Assembly: GCA_951406725.2 (NCBI GenBank)
Contig: OX597832.1
Span: 59,024,001 to 59,088,000 of the forward strand
Source: Octopus vulgaris
Lineage: Eukaryota
DNA: 64,000 nt
Direction of reading: 5' to 3'
Below, piece by piece: positions 1 through 13,141 of this stretch; positions within the stretch are counted from its first letter, which is position 1, and every line of letters starts with the position of its first letter. The notes beneath the pieces were generated by a model. That model was not told the DNA's origin, did not search any database, and worked only from the letters and a program-made list of their open reading frames with translations. The translations under genes were made by a program, and so were the position numbers.

Positions 1-138
1 TTTTTGTAGCTCTATCTAGGTCTTCCACATTTGAGCAAGCTCTACATGATCTCGCCGTACAACAGCTGTCTGAGTGCACGGTTGCCAGCCATTCTGATAC
101 CATGGCCTGTCCAGCGTAACAGGGACTTCAGCAATTTT
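1..138 (-). mobile_element. RTE-clade LINE ORF2 C-terminal fragment (decayed)
   Basis: Minus-strand translation KLLKSLLRWTGHGIRMAGNRALRQLLYGEIM*SLLKCGRPR*SYK matches the RTE motif LRW.GH..RM...R.P.QLLYGEL..G.R..GRP...YKD; it has in-frame stops. Confidence 0.8.
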
Positions 139-809
139 GACATATGTATGCATGTGAGTGTGTGTGTGTGTGTATGTGTCTCTACGAGAGGGAGAGAAAC
201 AGAGTGTGTGTGAGAGTGTGTGTATATATATATGCATAGGTATACATAGGTACATATTTATACATATGTAGGTATATACACATTTATATATATATAAACA
301 TATATTTATATGCATATGTATATATATATATATATGTGTGTGTGTATGTATATGTATACATATATATGTGTATACGCATGTATATAAACATATATATGCA
401 TATATATAATGTGTGTATGCATACATATATGTATATATATATGAATATATACATACGTACAAAAACATGCACACACACATATGCTTATGTAAGTATGTGT
501 GTATATGCGTATATCTGTGTGTATGTGCGTGTGTGTGTGTATATATATATATCCATATGTATGTACATATTTATACATATGTGTATAAGTGTATACACAT
601 GCATATATATATATATACGTACAAATACATGCACCCACACATATGCATTTATGTATGTATGTATATATATGCGGATATATGTGTGTGTGCGTGTGTATAT
701 ATATATATCCATATATATGTACATATTTATACATACGTATATATGTGTATACATATGTATATATATATGTGTATATATATATAATGTATGTATGTATGCA
801 TAAATATAT

Positions 810-864
<55 letters not shown>

Positions 865-887
865 CGTACAAATACATGCACCCACAC

Positions 888-918
<31 letters not shown>

Positions 919-950
919 TGTATGTATGTATATACGCATGTATGTATAAG
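139..950. repeat. Compound (TA)/(CA)/(TATG) microsatellite with higher-order duplication
   Basis: Dinucleotide and tetranucleotide runs; the motif ATACGTACAAA.ACATGCAC.CACACATATG recurs at ~453, ~615 and ~862. Confidence 0.9.
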
Positions 951-1589
951 ACTGTATATATTTATAAGTGGGAACGAAGCAGGAGACACGTTTATTCAGA
1001 AAACATTTTGATAACAGAAGCATTACAGTGATTGAGAGACAGAGAGAGACAAAACGGATTATAGTACTGCATAGAAAAAACAGGAAAGTGTGAAAAACAT
1101 TATGAAGCTCTCCTCAGAATATTCTCTAAAAATGTTTTTTGAATTGGACATTTGTACGAAATTTTCTTTAAAACATAAAAGACTCCAAAGAATTTACTGT
1201 CAGTGCTGTAAATATTTCTCACCTACCCAAAGAAATTTCGAGGACTTTATGAGACTGGATCTGTAGAATGTATAGTTATGTATTTACGAATTCAGACATT
1301 TTGGCTGCAATGTTATCTTACGAAGACAAATGAAGCTGGCGGTTGTTATCAAAAAATAACTGCATAACTGTGTTTATACTTGTCATCTGTTAAAGTCAAA
1401 AGAATTGTTTGGTGTGAACTATTATAGTTCCACCTGTTATTGTTGCTTCAGTTGTTGTTGTTTTTCACGGTGGTGACTGGTGGTGATGATGCTGGTGGTG
1501 CTGTTTTAACGGTGGAGACAGGGGTTAATATGAAACAGATGACGATGGATGTGATAGTGACAACTACAACGATAATTATGTCACAGACG

Positions 1590-2365
1590 GTAACATGTTG
1601 TCGACATGATGGCGGTAATGTTGATGATAACGGTGATGATGACGGTAAGTGGGGATGATGACGGTAATGTTGATGATGACGGTGATGATGGTAGTAATGT
1701 TGATGATGACGGTGATGATGACGGTAATGTTGATGATGATGATGATAATGATGATGATGACAAGTTTATGATGATGATGATGATGATGGTGGTGTTGATG
1801 ATGATGGTGGTGATGATGATGATGATGATGATGATGACGACGGTGGTGGTGGTGGTGATGATGATGACAAGGTTATCATGATGAAGATTCTGGTGAGGAT
1901 GATGATGATGATGATTGTGGTGATGATGATGACGATGGCAATGTTGATGATAATGATGATGATGTTCGTGATGTTGATGATCATGATGATGATGACGACG
2001 ACGACAACTATGATGATGATAATGATAATAATAGTGGAGGTGATAGTGATGGTGATGATGATGATGGCGATGGCGATGATGGTGGAAACAACAATGATAT
2101 GATGATGATGCTGGTGATGATCATTACCAACAAAATGAGATTGACGGCAGACGACGATGGTGATGATGACGACGACGATGTTGATGATGATGATAATGAT
2201 GATGATGTTGATGATGTTGATGATAATGATGATGATAATGATGATGATGATGATGTTGATGATAATGATGATGATAATGATGATGATGATGATGTTGATG
2301 ATGATGATGATTATAACGACGACGACGATTATGATGATGATGATGATGATGATGGTGATGAATGA
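1590..2365. repeat. Degenerate (GAT/GAC/GGT)n trinucleotide array
   Basis: GAT-dominated repeats with a ~30-bp sub-period at 1660-1740; source of the poly-D and poly-M ORFs. Confidence 0.95.
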
Positions 2366-2849
2366 TGCTGAGGATAATAACTACTATGAGGACAGGACTT
2401 CAGTAATGTTGGATGCGAAGATAACCTGAGAATGCGAACCGTACGAGATTCTGCAATTTCATTTTTGTTTACCGTTTCTTCCTACCGTAATTGCATCGAT
2501 AAATAATTATTATACCACACCGTAGTATCAGATAACATTTTGAAACGTACATGATTTATGCATATGCCGTACGGTTAACTAAACTATAAATGGCTTCAAT
2601 TCATAAAATATGTCTATTTTACCCCCCATTTGCAACCGGTTGTTTGATTAAACTCTCATTTACAATACGGAAGTCGCGAACCGACCTTTCAAACGAGAGA
2701 TTGCGTAGTAACTTAACATGGTATTACAAACGTGTATTGCATATATGATTAAAGAGAAATTTCATATTGAATTATAACTAATTTACCTGCTTTGGAATTG
2801 GGCATTCAATGAAATGTACCAGCATTGATATATTTTGTGTTTTATCTGT

Positions 2850-3055
2850 TAGCTTTTACTGTTTTCAGTCATTGGACTGCGGCCATGCTGGTGTACGAGC
2901 TGGACGGGTTTAGCTGAGAAAATCACTCTCAGTAATGGCTTTTGAAAGTAGGTACCAATTCTATTTTTTCCGTCTCTTTCGCTCTAACCGCTAGTGGACA
3001 GGGACGTAACCAAACCAACCTGTTGTAAGGCGATGGTAAGTGAACAAAGAAAACC
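2850..3055 (-). mobile_element. SINE family A, 3' part (diverged)
   Basis: TTTCAGTCATTGGACTGCGGCCATGCTGG...AACCGCTAG...GTTGTAAGGCGATGG matches the copies at 21.2 kb and 27.0 kb. Confidence 0.8.
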
Positions 3056-3093
3056 ACACACATACACACATGCACACATACATACATTCATAC

Positions 3094-3149
<56 letters not shown>

Positions 3150-3351
3150 GTATGTATGTATACATTTCGTCACTAAGTATGATCAAGGGTGCTAAAGCAC
3201 CTACATTGCGAAAAATAAGAGTTAAAATACTCTTAATGATGTAAGACGAATCCAATACATATATACACTGATAGTGGCGGTAAATACACGCACACACACA
3301 CACAGACACACATACACACACGCACACGCACATACACACTTAAAATAGATA

Positions 3352-3645
3352 GATGCAGTGGTTAGAACGTCGAGCTGACTATCGTGTGGTTGTGAGTTTG
3401 AATCCCGGACCGGGTTGCATGTTGTGTTCTTGAGCAAGACACTTTATTTCACATTGATCCAGTTCGCTCAGCTGTAGAAATGAGTTGCCAGTGTTGTGTC
3501 CGCTGTTGCCTTTCCCTTGGATAACACAGGTGGCCGGTGTGCATGGGCGACTTCTAGCCTTCCACAAACAACCTTGCCCGGACTTGTGACTGGGAGGATA
3601 ACTTTCTAGGGGCAATTCCATGGTCAGGCGTGACCGAAGGGGGTT
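3352..3645 (+). mobile_element. tRNA-derived SINE family D
   Basis: Head with CAGTGGTTAG (A box) and GAGTTTGAATCCC (B box), body TTGAGCAAGACACTT, and a tail shared with 5557-5795. Confidence 0.85.
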
Positions 3646-4235
3646 ACAGCACATATATACATATATATTTAAGGTGTATTCTGCTAGGAACGTATTAAAG
3701 TGCTAAATAGAGCTCGTTCACTCTTAGAAGTACCAGATAACTGGTGGTAGTACGGTATACTTCCAATTCTAGGTTTAGGCATTCTACAAGATTCAAACGA
3801 GGCAGATAGATGTCTTAGCATCGAAGTGGAAGGTTTTGTAACTGACGAGGACAGCAATTGTATAACACCTGAAGAAATACCACTGGATCCCATTATACAG
3901 TTAAACCATTACATAATTTTTAATCCTGTATATATGTGGATCTATGTTGTATGGAAACGTGTATAGTGATTATTAGATAACTGTCTAACCTTACTCCTTC
4001 TTGTGGTCTCTGTCTTATTCAATTATTCTTGGAGAAAAACCTATATAAAAAGAATTGAAGAGAACTACAGCATGACCTTTAAAAGACATATAGAGGACAC
4101 ATGGAAAATGTACCTCGATGATTGTTTCCTAATTTGGACCAAATCCCTAGAAAATCTGGATGAATTCAATACCCACCTCAATAATCTACACCCAAGTCTT
4201 AAATTCACAGGAGAAATGAGCAACACGCAAATACC

Positions 4236-4504
4236 TATTTCTTTATTACCCACAAGGGGCTAAACACAGAGGGGACAAACAAGGACAGACATAGGTATTA
4301 AGTCGATTACATCGACCCCAGTGCGTAACTGGTACTTAATTTATCGACCCCGAAAGGATGAAAGGCAAAGTCGACCTCGGCGGAATTTGAACTCACAACG
4401 TAACGCAGACGAAATACCGCTAAGCATTTCGCCCGGCGTGCTAACGTTTCTGCCAGCTCGCCGCCTTTTCTGCCAGCTCGCCGCCTTTTCTGCCAGCTCG
4501 CCGC
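4236..4504 (-). mobile_element. SINE family B inserted in the PLE RT
   Basis: Full element with GCCTTTCATCCTTTCGGGGTCGATAAATTAAGTACCAG core (resembles the Meta-type SINE domain, from memory). Flanked by the direct repeat CGCAAATACC (4226-4235 / 4502-4511). Confidence 0.92.
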
Positions 4505-5249
4505 AAATACCATTAATTAATATAATGGTAATTAATAACAAATCACAATCACAACTTGGTTACAAAAGTGCAGATACACGCCAGTACCTAAATTTCAAAT
4601 CATGCCACCCAACACACACAAAACGCTGCATCCCGAACTGTGTAGTCGGGAATATATGACTTATAGAACTCAAGGGATTTCTGCTGAAGCAAAATTACCC
4701 TCTCCGACTTATAGAAAATAGAATCCATTAGAACAAAAAATTAACAGATTTTCGCAAAAGCAGATATGAACTGCAAAGGCAGAAATTTGATCTACTGTAT
4801 TAAATGCCCGAATTGTGAAGAATTATATATAGTCGAGACAGGGAATTCATTATGGTAACGCTCACGAGTCCACAGACAACAAATCCGAAACACCAATGTT
4901 CGCCAAATTCTACTGAGCGAACATATAGAGACATGTGGTGAGAAAATGTTTCAATATTCCCTTTCCACAAACTGCATGACACAAGCGATGTTGGAAGAAA
5001 GATAAAAGAAAAACAATTTATTAATATGTTGAAACATGTTCTGAGTGAAAATAACAGCAATAATATAACAAGTTAATAATGTGGATCAATAAATACAAAC
5101 ATGTTACAAAATATCAGAACGCCTGGAAAAACGTGATTTTTAAGTGCATTCAGATTGGTCAAAAAGGCATTCTAAAAATTTAGTTTGATGGAGCGTTCTA
5201 AGAGGTGCTAAAGTTATATCAAGAACTCATCTGTTAGCTAAACACATTT

Positions 5250-5289
5250 GAAATCTGATGAGTACATTATGTATGAAATCGCTAATTTT
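5250..5289 (+). ncRNA. Minimal type I hammerhead ribozyme in PLE 3' end
   Basis: GAAAT-CTGATGA-GTACA-TTA-TGTAT-GAAA-TCGCTA-ATTTT: intact core, stem II and stem I; stem III near-palindromic (ATCGcT). Confidence 0.7.
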
Positions 5290-5322
5290 GTTAAAATACT
5301 ATTATTAAAAAACGTTAAAATC

Positions 5323-5367
<45 letters not shown>

Positions 5368-5368
5368 T

Positions 5369-5541
<173 letters not shown>

Positions 5542-5556
5542 TATATGTGTGTGTGA

Positions 5557-5795
5557 AGGCGCATGGCTCAGTGGTTAGAGCGTCGAGCTGTAGAAATGAG
5601 TTGCGACGTCACTGGTGCCAAGCTGTATCGACCTTCGTCTTTCCCTTGGATAACACTGGTGGCGTGGAGAGGGGAGGCTGGTATGCATGGGCGACTGCTG
5701 GTCTTCCATAAACAACCTTGCCCGGACTTGTGTCTAGGAGGGTAACTTTCTAGGTGCAATCCCATGGTCATTCATGACCGAACTGGGTCTTTACC
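5557..5795 (+). mobile_element. SINE family D with internal deletion
   Basis: GGCGCATGGCTCAGTGGTTAGAGCGTCGAGCT joined directly to GTAGAAATGAG (deletion across AGCT microhomology relative to the 3352 copy). Confidence 0.85.
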
Positions 5796-5871
5796 CTTTT
5801 ATATATATATATATATATACATACATATATATATGTGTGTGTGTATGTATGTATATATGTATGTTTATATA

Positions 5872-6000
5872 TCCGAGCTTCATTTTGTTTTTTCATCTAT
5901 TCGGTGTCGATTAAATAAATACCAGCTGAGCACTGGGGCCGATCTAATCGTCTACACCCGTCCCTAACTACTTCAGGACTTGCCCTTATTGAAGAAAGGC
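5872..6000 (+). mobile_element. SINE family B 3' part (diverged)
   Basis: TTTCATCTATTCGGTGTCGATTAAATAAATACCAG...CACTGGGGCCGATCTAATCG. Confidence 0.65.
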
Positions 6001-6999
6001 TTATACACGCCATTGTTCGATTATTTAGATCCTGCTCTTAAATGCTTTTGACAAGATTTGTTTATTACAGAGCGAAAGCATTACGACGGAGTAAATATCG
6101 ATTGAGACCAACACACTAGTACAGATCCACACGGTATATGCTCACCTTTAATGACTGTCTGCACAATGTCCTAAATGCTACTTAAAGTTTGTTCAATAAC
6201 TTTTGCTAACCGATCTGTTATGGTTTTATTAATGAGTGCTACGAAAATGACCCCCAGCAATGACAGATCATAACCTACGGGATTTTTCCTTGTAGTTCTC
6301 TTCCATTGGCTGAAAATATTTCACATTTTATTAAGCCTATTATCGCAATGTTGTTAATATCATGATAATGTTTTATTTGCTATGGGTTTTGGAGCTCCTA
6401 TGCACTTCTACTAAAGTGCATTTCTGATATGGAAGTAATTTATCAAACTAATAAGTGACCTTCTCTATCTGCATCGTGGACATACTGTACAGCTTTCATA
6501 TTGCTGATAAATTAGTTGGAGCTATTATATATAATGGAATTGATGCTAGGCTGTTAGAATGGGTTAAAGCGGGTGTATCGAGTTCAATAGTTAGTATACT
6601 CTAGTATTTATTTATCGAAATTTATGGAATGGTCGAATTGGCTTTTGACGTAGGGATGTACAACTTGATGGATTAAACTGACAACTGCATAAAGAAATGC
6701 AATATGTGCGCATATACAGAAGTGTAGGTCCTTGAGTCATATGTCTGGTTTACAGCTAATAAATAAACATACCCCACACTCCATACACTCATCTCTGTAA
6801 GGGATCCACTTTGAAGTAATACTTCGTAACATATGCTATATGCATGTATATATGATATGTATGTGTGTGTCTGTGTGTGGGTATGTATAAATAAACCTAT
6901 TATATATTTGTGAGTGTGTGTATGTGTGTGTATGCAAATATGAATGTACATATGAGAATGCATAGACTGCTGCATATAAACATGCATACGTGCATGCGT

Positions 7000-7160
7000 A
7001 TCTGTAGACAGACGGACATGCAGACAGGCAGGCAGGCAGACAGATAGACAGACCGACAGATAAATAGATAAATGGAGAGATAGATAGACAGACACAGACA
7101 GACAAACTGACATGCAACCAGACAGACGTCCAGACTGATAGACATACATACATACAGACT

Positions 7161-7246
<86 letters not shown>

Positions 7247-7258
7247 GAAATAGATATT

Positions 7259-7309
<51 letters not shown>

Positions 7310-7315
7310 TTAGAT
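7000..7315. repeat. (GACA)/(GATA)n tetranucleotide array
   Basis: Long GATA run at 7160-7310. Confidence 0.95.
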
Positions 7316-7319
7316 ATTC

Positions 7320-7475
7320 ACGACAGACTTCCATACAATTTCCATCTACCAATTTTACTCAGGCGACATTAATCGACCCGGCATTATAATAGAAGATACT
7401 TGCCCTAGGTGCAAAGTAAGGGAACAGAATCCGAAAGGACTAGGTTGCAAAGCGAGCCTTTTAACCCCTAAACCA
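7320..7475 (-). mobile_element. SINE family A 5' part (diverged)
   Basis: ACGACAGACTTCC..TTTCCATCTACCAA...GAAGATACTTGCCCTAGG. Confidence 0.7.
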
Positions 7476-7773
7476 TTATCTGTGACTATATGGAGAAAAT
7501 ATGAACATAATCACGTGCAGAGTGAAAATGGCGGAGAACAGAACTGCTGCCATTGTATTCGTCCTCGTTGTTGCTGTTGTTGCTTTTGTTGTTGTTGTTG
7601 TTGTTGCTTTTGTTGTTGTTATTGTTGTTGTTGTTGTTGTTGTTGATGATGTTATTGCCACGTATCAGTTATACTCTCCCGAGTTAGATGCATAATCAAA
7701 CAATACACCTGTGACCATCGCGACGATTTAGTTTTTTATTTCTTTTTTCATACTACAGTAACAATCTTGTGTC

Positions 7774-8308
7774 TTTTCTCTTTTACTTGTTTCAGGCATT
7801 AGACTGCGGCCATGCTGGGGCACCGCCTTCATGAATTTTTAGTCGAATGAATCGACCCATGTACTTATTTTGATTTATATTTTTTGTTAAAAACGACTGG
7901 TATTTATTCTATCGTACACTTTTGCCGAACCGTTAAATGACGGGGATGTAAACACTCCAACACCGGTTGTGAAGCGGTGAATCCGGAGGACAAACAAGGA
8001 CACAAAGGCACATATACACACACGCACGCACAACCACACACACGAGCACGCACACACACGTACACACACGCACACACATGCACACGCACACACATGCACA
8101 AACATGCACACACACGCACACACATATCCATTTATGGGTCAGGTTTCTTTCACTTTCTGTGTACCAAATCCATTGAAAAAAAAGAAAGACTTCAGTCGGC
8201 CCAAGTCTATAGCCTAAGACGCTTGCCCAAGTTGTCACGCTGTGGAACTGAACCCGGAACCATGTAGTTGGGAAGGACGCTTATCACCGTACAACCACGC
8301 CTACGCCT
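7774..8308 (-). mobile_element. SINE family A, near full length, internal (CA)n
   Basis: Tail TTTTACTTGTTTCAG, body GACTGCGGCCATGCTGG, head GAACTGAACCCGGAACCATG...CCACGCCTACGCCT. Confidence 0.88.
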
Positions 8309-8464
8309 ATGAATATTTTTGTACCACGCTGAATATCTCAAATTTCTGAAATTCTCAAATTAATTTTATCGAAGATTCCAATGGAACTATGATTAGGGAT
8401 CATTTTTTTCCATTATAATTAAATCGATAGAAAAATTTGGACGCAAAAGGACTTCCTTTTGTAT

Positions 8465-8500
<36 letters not shown>

Positions 8501-8926
8501 TTATTTGTTTGCAACACAGGATAATTAATGAACCGGCGAGTTTCATTCCTTATTTACCTGTCCTCATGTTCCGAGTACCTATTCTTTCCAATGTATGGAG
8601 TGATAAAGACTGAAGATTACTTATTAGAAAATATTTTTGTAATATATTTTTTGCAAGAATGTGATGAAATAATTATTTGACAAAAAGAGAAATGGCAACA
8701 CTAACAATACTGAATATTTGAACGATTAACTGTTTGACCAAAGTATGTAACATATTAGTTTGAAAAATTAATAAAAACCGGCTGATCGATAAATTGGTTA
8801 ACAGAGTAACTAACCCATTAACTAACAATAACAATAAAGAATCGAACCAGTGCGTGTGTTTATTATTACCGGCATATTTAAACATTTTTAGTATTTAGAT
8901 ATATATATTTTCTTTTTTCTAGTATC

Positions 8927-9217
8927 TGTGGAGGCGCAATGGCTCAGTGGTTAGGGCAGCGGACTCGGTTTCGATTCCCAGACCGAGCGTTCTGTGTGTT
9001 TATTGAGCGAAAACATCTAAAGCTCCATAAAGCCCCGACAGGGGGGGGGGGGACCCCTGTTGTACACTTTAGCCCCAACTTCCTCTCACTCTTTCTTCCT
9101 GTTTCTTGAGTAACGCTGCGATGGACTGGCATCTCGTCCAGCTGGGGGGAACACATACGCCATAGAAACCGGAAAACCGGGCCCATGAGCCTGGCTAGGC
9201 TTGAAAAGGGCGCATAA
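8927..9217 (+). mobile_element. SINE with family C head and V-domain-like tail
   Basis: GGCGCAATGGCTCAGTGGTTAGGGCAGCGG..GTTTCGATTCCC head; GCGATGGACTGGCATCTCGTCCAG body; tail shared with 34955-35145. Confidence 0.85.
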
Positions 9218-9574
9218 ACAAATAAAATTTGTTGTATCTAGGTAAATACATTATGCCAATAATATTAACACACACACTGATTCGATTCAGCTCCTTTATT
9301 ATAATTCAATTGGTTATTATAATTCAACTAACTGATCGATTGATTGTTTAATTTAGGCACAATTCTTTTACTGTATTCTATCATGTAGATTCTTTTTACT
9401 TCTACTGTAAAAGAAAGAAGATATTAGCTAACATCAATTTTTGTTTCTAAGTATCAGAGAATCACATGCCGGATATGATTTACTACAACAATGTCTTATG
9501 TGAAATTAAATTTCTGACAAACACTGCGAAATTTTGTCCAAAAATCAATCTGACTTCATGGTGTTAGTTTCGAC

Positions 9575-9771
9575 ATTTGGTGTAAGGCCAGCAATTTCGG
9601 GATTTGGCGTGATTTGATTTCAACGACTCCTAGTGCTCCATTGGCACTCGTTTAATCGACCCAGAGGAATGAAAGACATTTTCGAGGTCGGTGGAATTTT
9701 AAGTCAGACGTGGATGAAATATCGTTCGGGACTTTGCTCGGTGTGCTAACGATTTTTCCAGCTCGCCGCCA
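9575..9771 (-). mobile_element. SINE family B (diverged)
   Basis: TTTAATCGACCCAGAGGAATGAAAG...GTGCTAACGATTTTTCCAGCTCGCCGCC. Confidence 0.8.
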
Positions 9772-10299
9772 TATCTGGCTATATTAAAATACCTGACAAG
9801 CATTATGCAATAGAGATCAAAGTGGACAAAGCGTGATTTCAAAAGGCTTTACCAAACAATCTCTAGAGAAAGTCTTAATGCGCTTATCAGCCAGATTAGA
9901 AAATTATTTCAGACCAGGCTCAAGTGTTTGCTAATTGCGGTCTACATGGTATTAAAATAGATGTTATCATTGATTGGAAGCTGTCGCTAGGTTTCCCGAT
10001 ACCTACTCTAACATTAAATATTAAAGACTTAATTAATTCCATGCAACTTGGTCTTCTGGTCACTCCGTTAGGAGATGTTTTTCTTTCTAAATTCTATCTC
10101 ATGCAACGTAGTCTAACAATCGACAACGGACAAGTGGACAAGGCTATATGAAGCTGAAGCTGGATGGATACATTTGGGAATTAACATAATTACACAAAAT
10201 TAATTTTGGAACGAGCATATAAGGTCATGTGTTTATGTGTCAATATAAAGCATTATATATTACTAGTGGTACACACATACACACACACACACATAAATA

Positions 10300-10386
<87 letters not shown>

Positions 10387-10401
10387 GCATATATATGTGT
10401 T

Positions 10402-10433
<32 letters not shown>

Positions 10434-11245
10434 TATGGTTATCAGTAATAATATAGGGTGAAATTAATTAATTTGGAATAATCATTAATTTCACCAAGTA
10501 GATTTCTCACACACACGTATATATATGCATGCATATCTGTTTTGTATATGTATGTATACCGTATGTGTGTGGATATGTATATGTATATACATATATGTAT
10601 ATGTATATATTTATACATGTATATGTGTATTTATATATATGCATATATATAATATATACATATTCATATATATATATAAATATATGTAAATATATAGCAT
10701 TTATATGTATATTTATATAGATATATAACATCTATATTTGTGTATGTTTGTGTTTTTGCGTGTATGTATGCATGCTAGCGTGTGTGTTGGTGTATGTGTT
10801 TGTATGTGTGTGTGTGTCAGTTTGTGTGTGCGAGTGAGAGGGACTAGTGGTCAGTTTTAACCATGTATCTCCAACGTCCCTCTCCAGAAAGCAACACCAC
10901 CAGTTGCCTTCTGCAACAAGTTTTCCATTACCTAATCACCATCGTTGTGTCAGAGAAAGAAAAAAAAAGATGCTACGCTTGGGAAGTATTACCTTATCAG
11001 GGGTCAATTAAGAAAGAGATCAAAATGGAGCCGTAAGTCATCTTCCATCATATACCATATCAAAACTGGTGAACGATTAAGCTGGTGCCTTATTTTATTT
11101 TTTCCAACTGAAATAAACAGCCTATCACAGCTAGCATGGAAGGAATTTCGAGTTAGGTTGCAAATAGGTGAAACAAATAGTATAGATGCAGCACTTGAAT
11201 CAGCCAACTCTAGTACGCGGGAATGATGCTTATATGTATATAAGC

Positions 11246-11328
<83 letters not shown>

Positions 11329-11387
11329 CAAACACATACATGTGTCTAGATAGATAGATGTCAATCAACCTATCTATCTATCTATGC

Positions 11388-11490
<103 letters not shown>

Positions 11491-11628
11491 TCGTATATAT
11501 CTGTGCTAATGTGTTTTGTGTATGCATTCATATCATTATATACATAATACATACACATACACACACACACGTTCACTCACCTCCACATATATATAGATAT
11601 ATATCTGTATATATATGTGTGTGTGTGT

Positions 11629-11674
<46 letters not shown>

Positions 11675-12514
11675 ACGGAATGAATAAATATATCAGAAAA
11701 CCAAATGGGAAAGCTCCTGAATACCTGCCATAACTTGCTTTAATAATTCATTACTTATCCGTTAAAGTTACCTTATCCTATAACGCAAATAATTGGTTCG
11801 ACTCTATCCAATATCCCACTTTAATTTTCTACATCCTCGCAGACTTTCAGCATCCCATCACCTCTTCCACACACTTCATCCGACCCTTATTTTCTCAAAC
11901 CAATTATTATATTTCTTTTTTATTATCTTCATTTTTATTATTTTTTTTTTTATTATTAATATCATTATCATTGTACGTCGCAATTTTGTAGCTTTAAAAG
12001 AAATAACTACGCGAACTGTTTGATTTGAATGCACTGATATACAAACCTAACACGCAATATACATAACCTTAACTCTATATTACATCATGCATTATTGATA
12101 ATGTGACATTTATTCGGAAACATTATTCCACCGTACGCTATAATTACCTAGTATACAGGTATTTTTTTTCTAGGTACCAATTCGCTTCGTATTTTTTCCG
12201 CCATGATTTTTTTTCTTCCTTCGACTGTTTTCCCTGGAGAAAATGGTTTTATCATATCGAATTAGAAATGCAATTGGTAGCATAACTTTGCACAGAGTCA
12301 TACTTAGGGTTTTGGTTTTTTTTTTTCTTTTACCATACGTCCTTTTTATAGCACTAATGAATTAACTGGCTAATACAGTTTTTGTATGGCGGTGTCATTA
12401 ACTGGTGTTCGAATGAAGGTTAATAGATCGTGGGTTCGAATAACTTTCATCGTAATTGCACGATTTTTCTAGCTCATAATACGCTCTTAAGCTATATTCT
12501 GACGTAGATTAAGT

Positions 12515-12754
12515 ACATATAGACGTTCGCGTACGGATCAGTAAAACATTCTCTGCATTTATTATTCAAAGTATTAGAAATACCAGTTAGATTTGAAGCG
12601 AACTTTGAAAAGTCAGAAGAAGCAATGAGGTTATTAAGAAGTTGAAAGTAATGTAAGCAAGATTTTACAGCTCTAATATCACTCGTTCATAGTCAGCCTC
12701 ATAAAAATGCATACGCATGTATGTACGTATGTATATAAGTCTCTATGTATCTAT
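12515..12754 (+). repeat. Left copy of ~240-bp direct duplication flanking a SINE
   Basis: Near-identical to 13142-13366. Confidence 0.95.
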
Positions 12755-13141
12755 GGTGGAGTCGCAATGGCCCAGTGGTTAGGGCAGCGGACGCGCGGTC
12801 GTGGGATCGCGGTTTCGATTCCCAGACCGGGCGTTATGAGTGTTTATTGAGTGAAAACACCTAAAGCTCCACGAGGCTCCGGCAGGGATGGTGGTGATCC
12901 CTGCTGTACTCTTTCACCACAACTTTCTCTCACTCTTACTTCCTGTTTCTGTTGTACCTGTATTTCAAAGGGCCGGCCTTGTCACTCTCTGTGTCACGAT
13001 GAATATCCCCGAGAACTACGTTAAGGGTACACGTGTCTGTGGAGTGCTCAGCCACTTACACGTTAATTTCACGAGCAGGCTGTTCCGTCGATCGGATCAA
13101 CCGGAACCCTCGTCGTCGTAACCGACGGAGTGCTTCCAAAA
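12755..13141 (+). mobile_element. tRNA-derived SINE family C, full length
   Basis: A box TGGCCCAGTGG, B box GTTTCGATTCC; body matches 45601-45905. Confidence 0.92.

Larger units (their letters stand above)
4025..5330 (+). mobile_element. Penelope-like element (PLE), 5'-truncated and decayed: RT C-terminus + GIY-YIG endonuclease + 3' pLTR
   Basis: Reads WKMYLDDCFLIW...LNNLHPSLKFTGE..QIP, then after a SINE YKSADTRQYLNFKSCHPTHTKRCIP and ELKGFLLKQNYP. From 4766 it reads MNCKGRNLIYCIKCPNCEELYIVETGNSL*..RVHRQQI...SEHIETC..FPFHKL..RKIKEKQFI (GIY-YIG). Hammerhead at 5250-5289; ends in (TA)n. Confidence 0.92.

Noticed and set aside
4447-4504. CRISPR-like direct repeats
   Set aside because: No spacers, eukaryotic context, and the unit is the SINE 5' end.
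9900-10190. Possible old RTE-X fragment (SGHSVRR)
   Set aside because: Too degenerate to support by eye.
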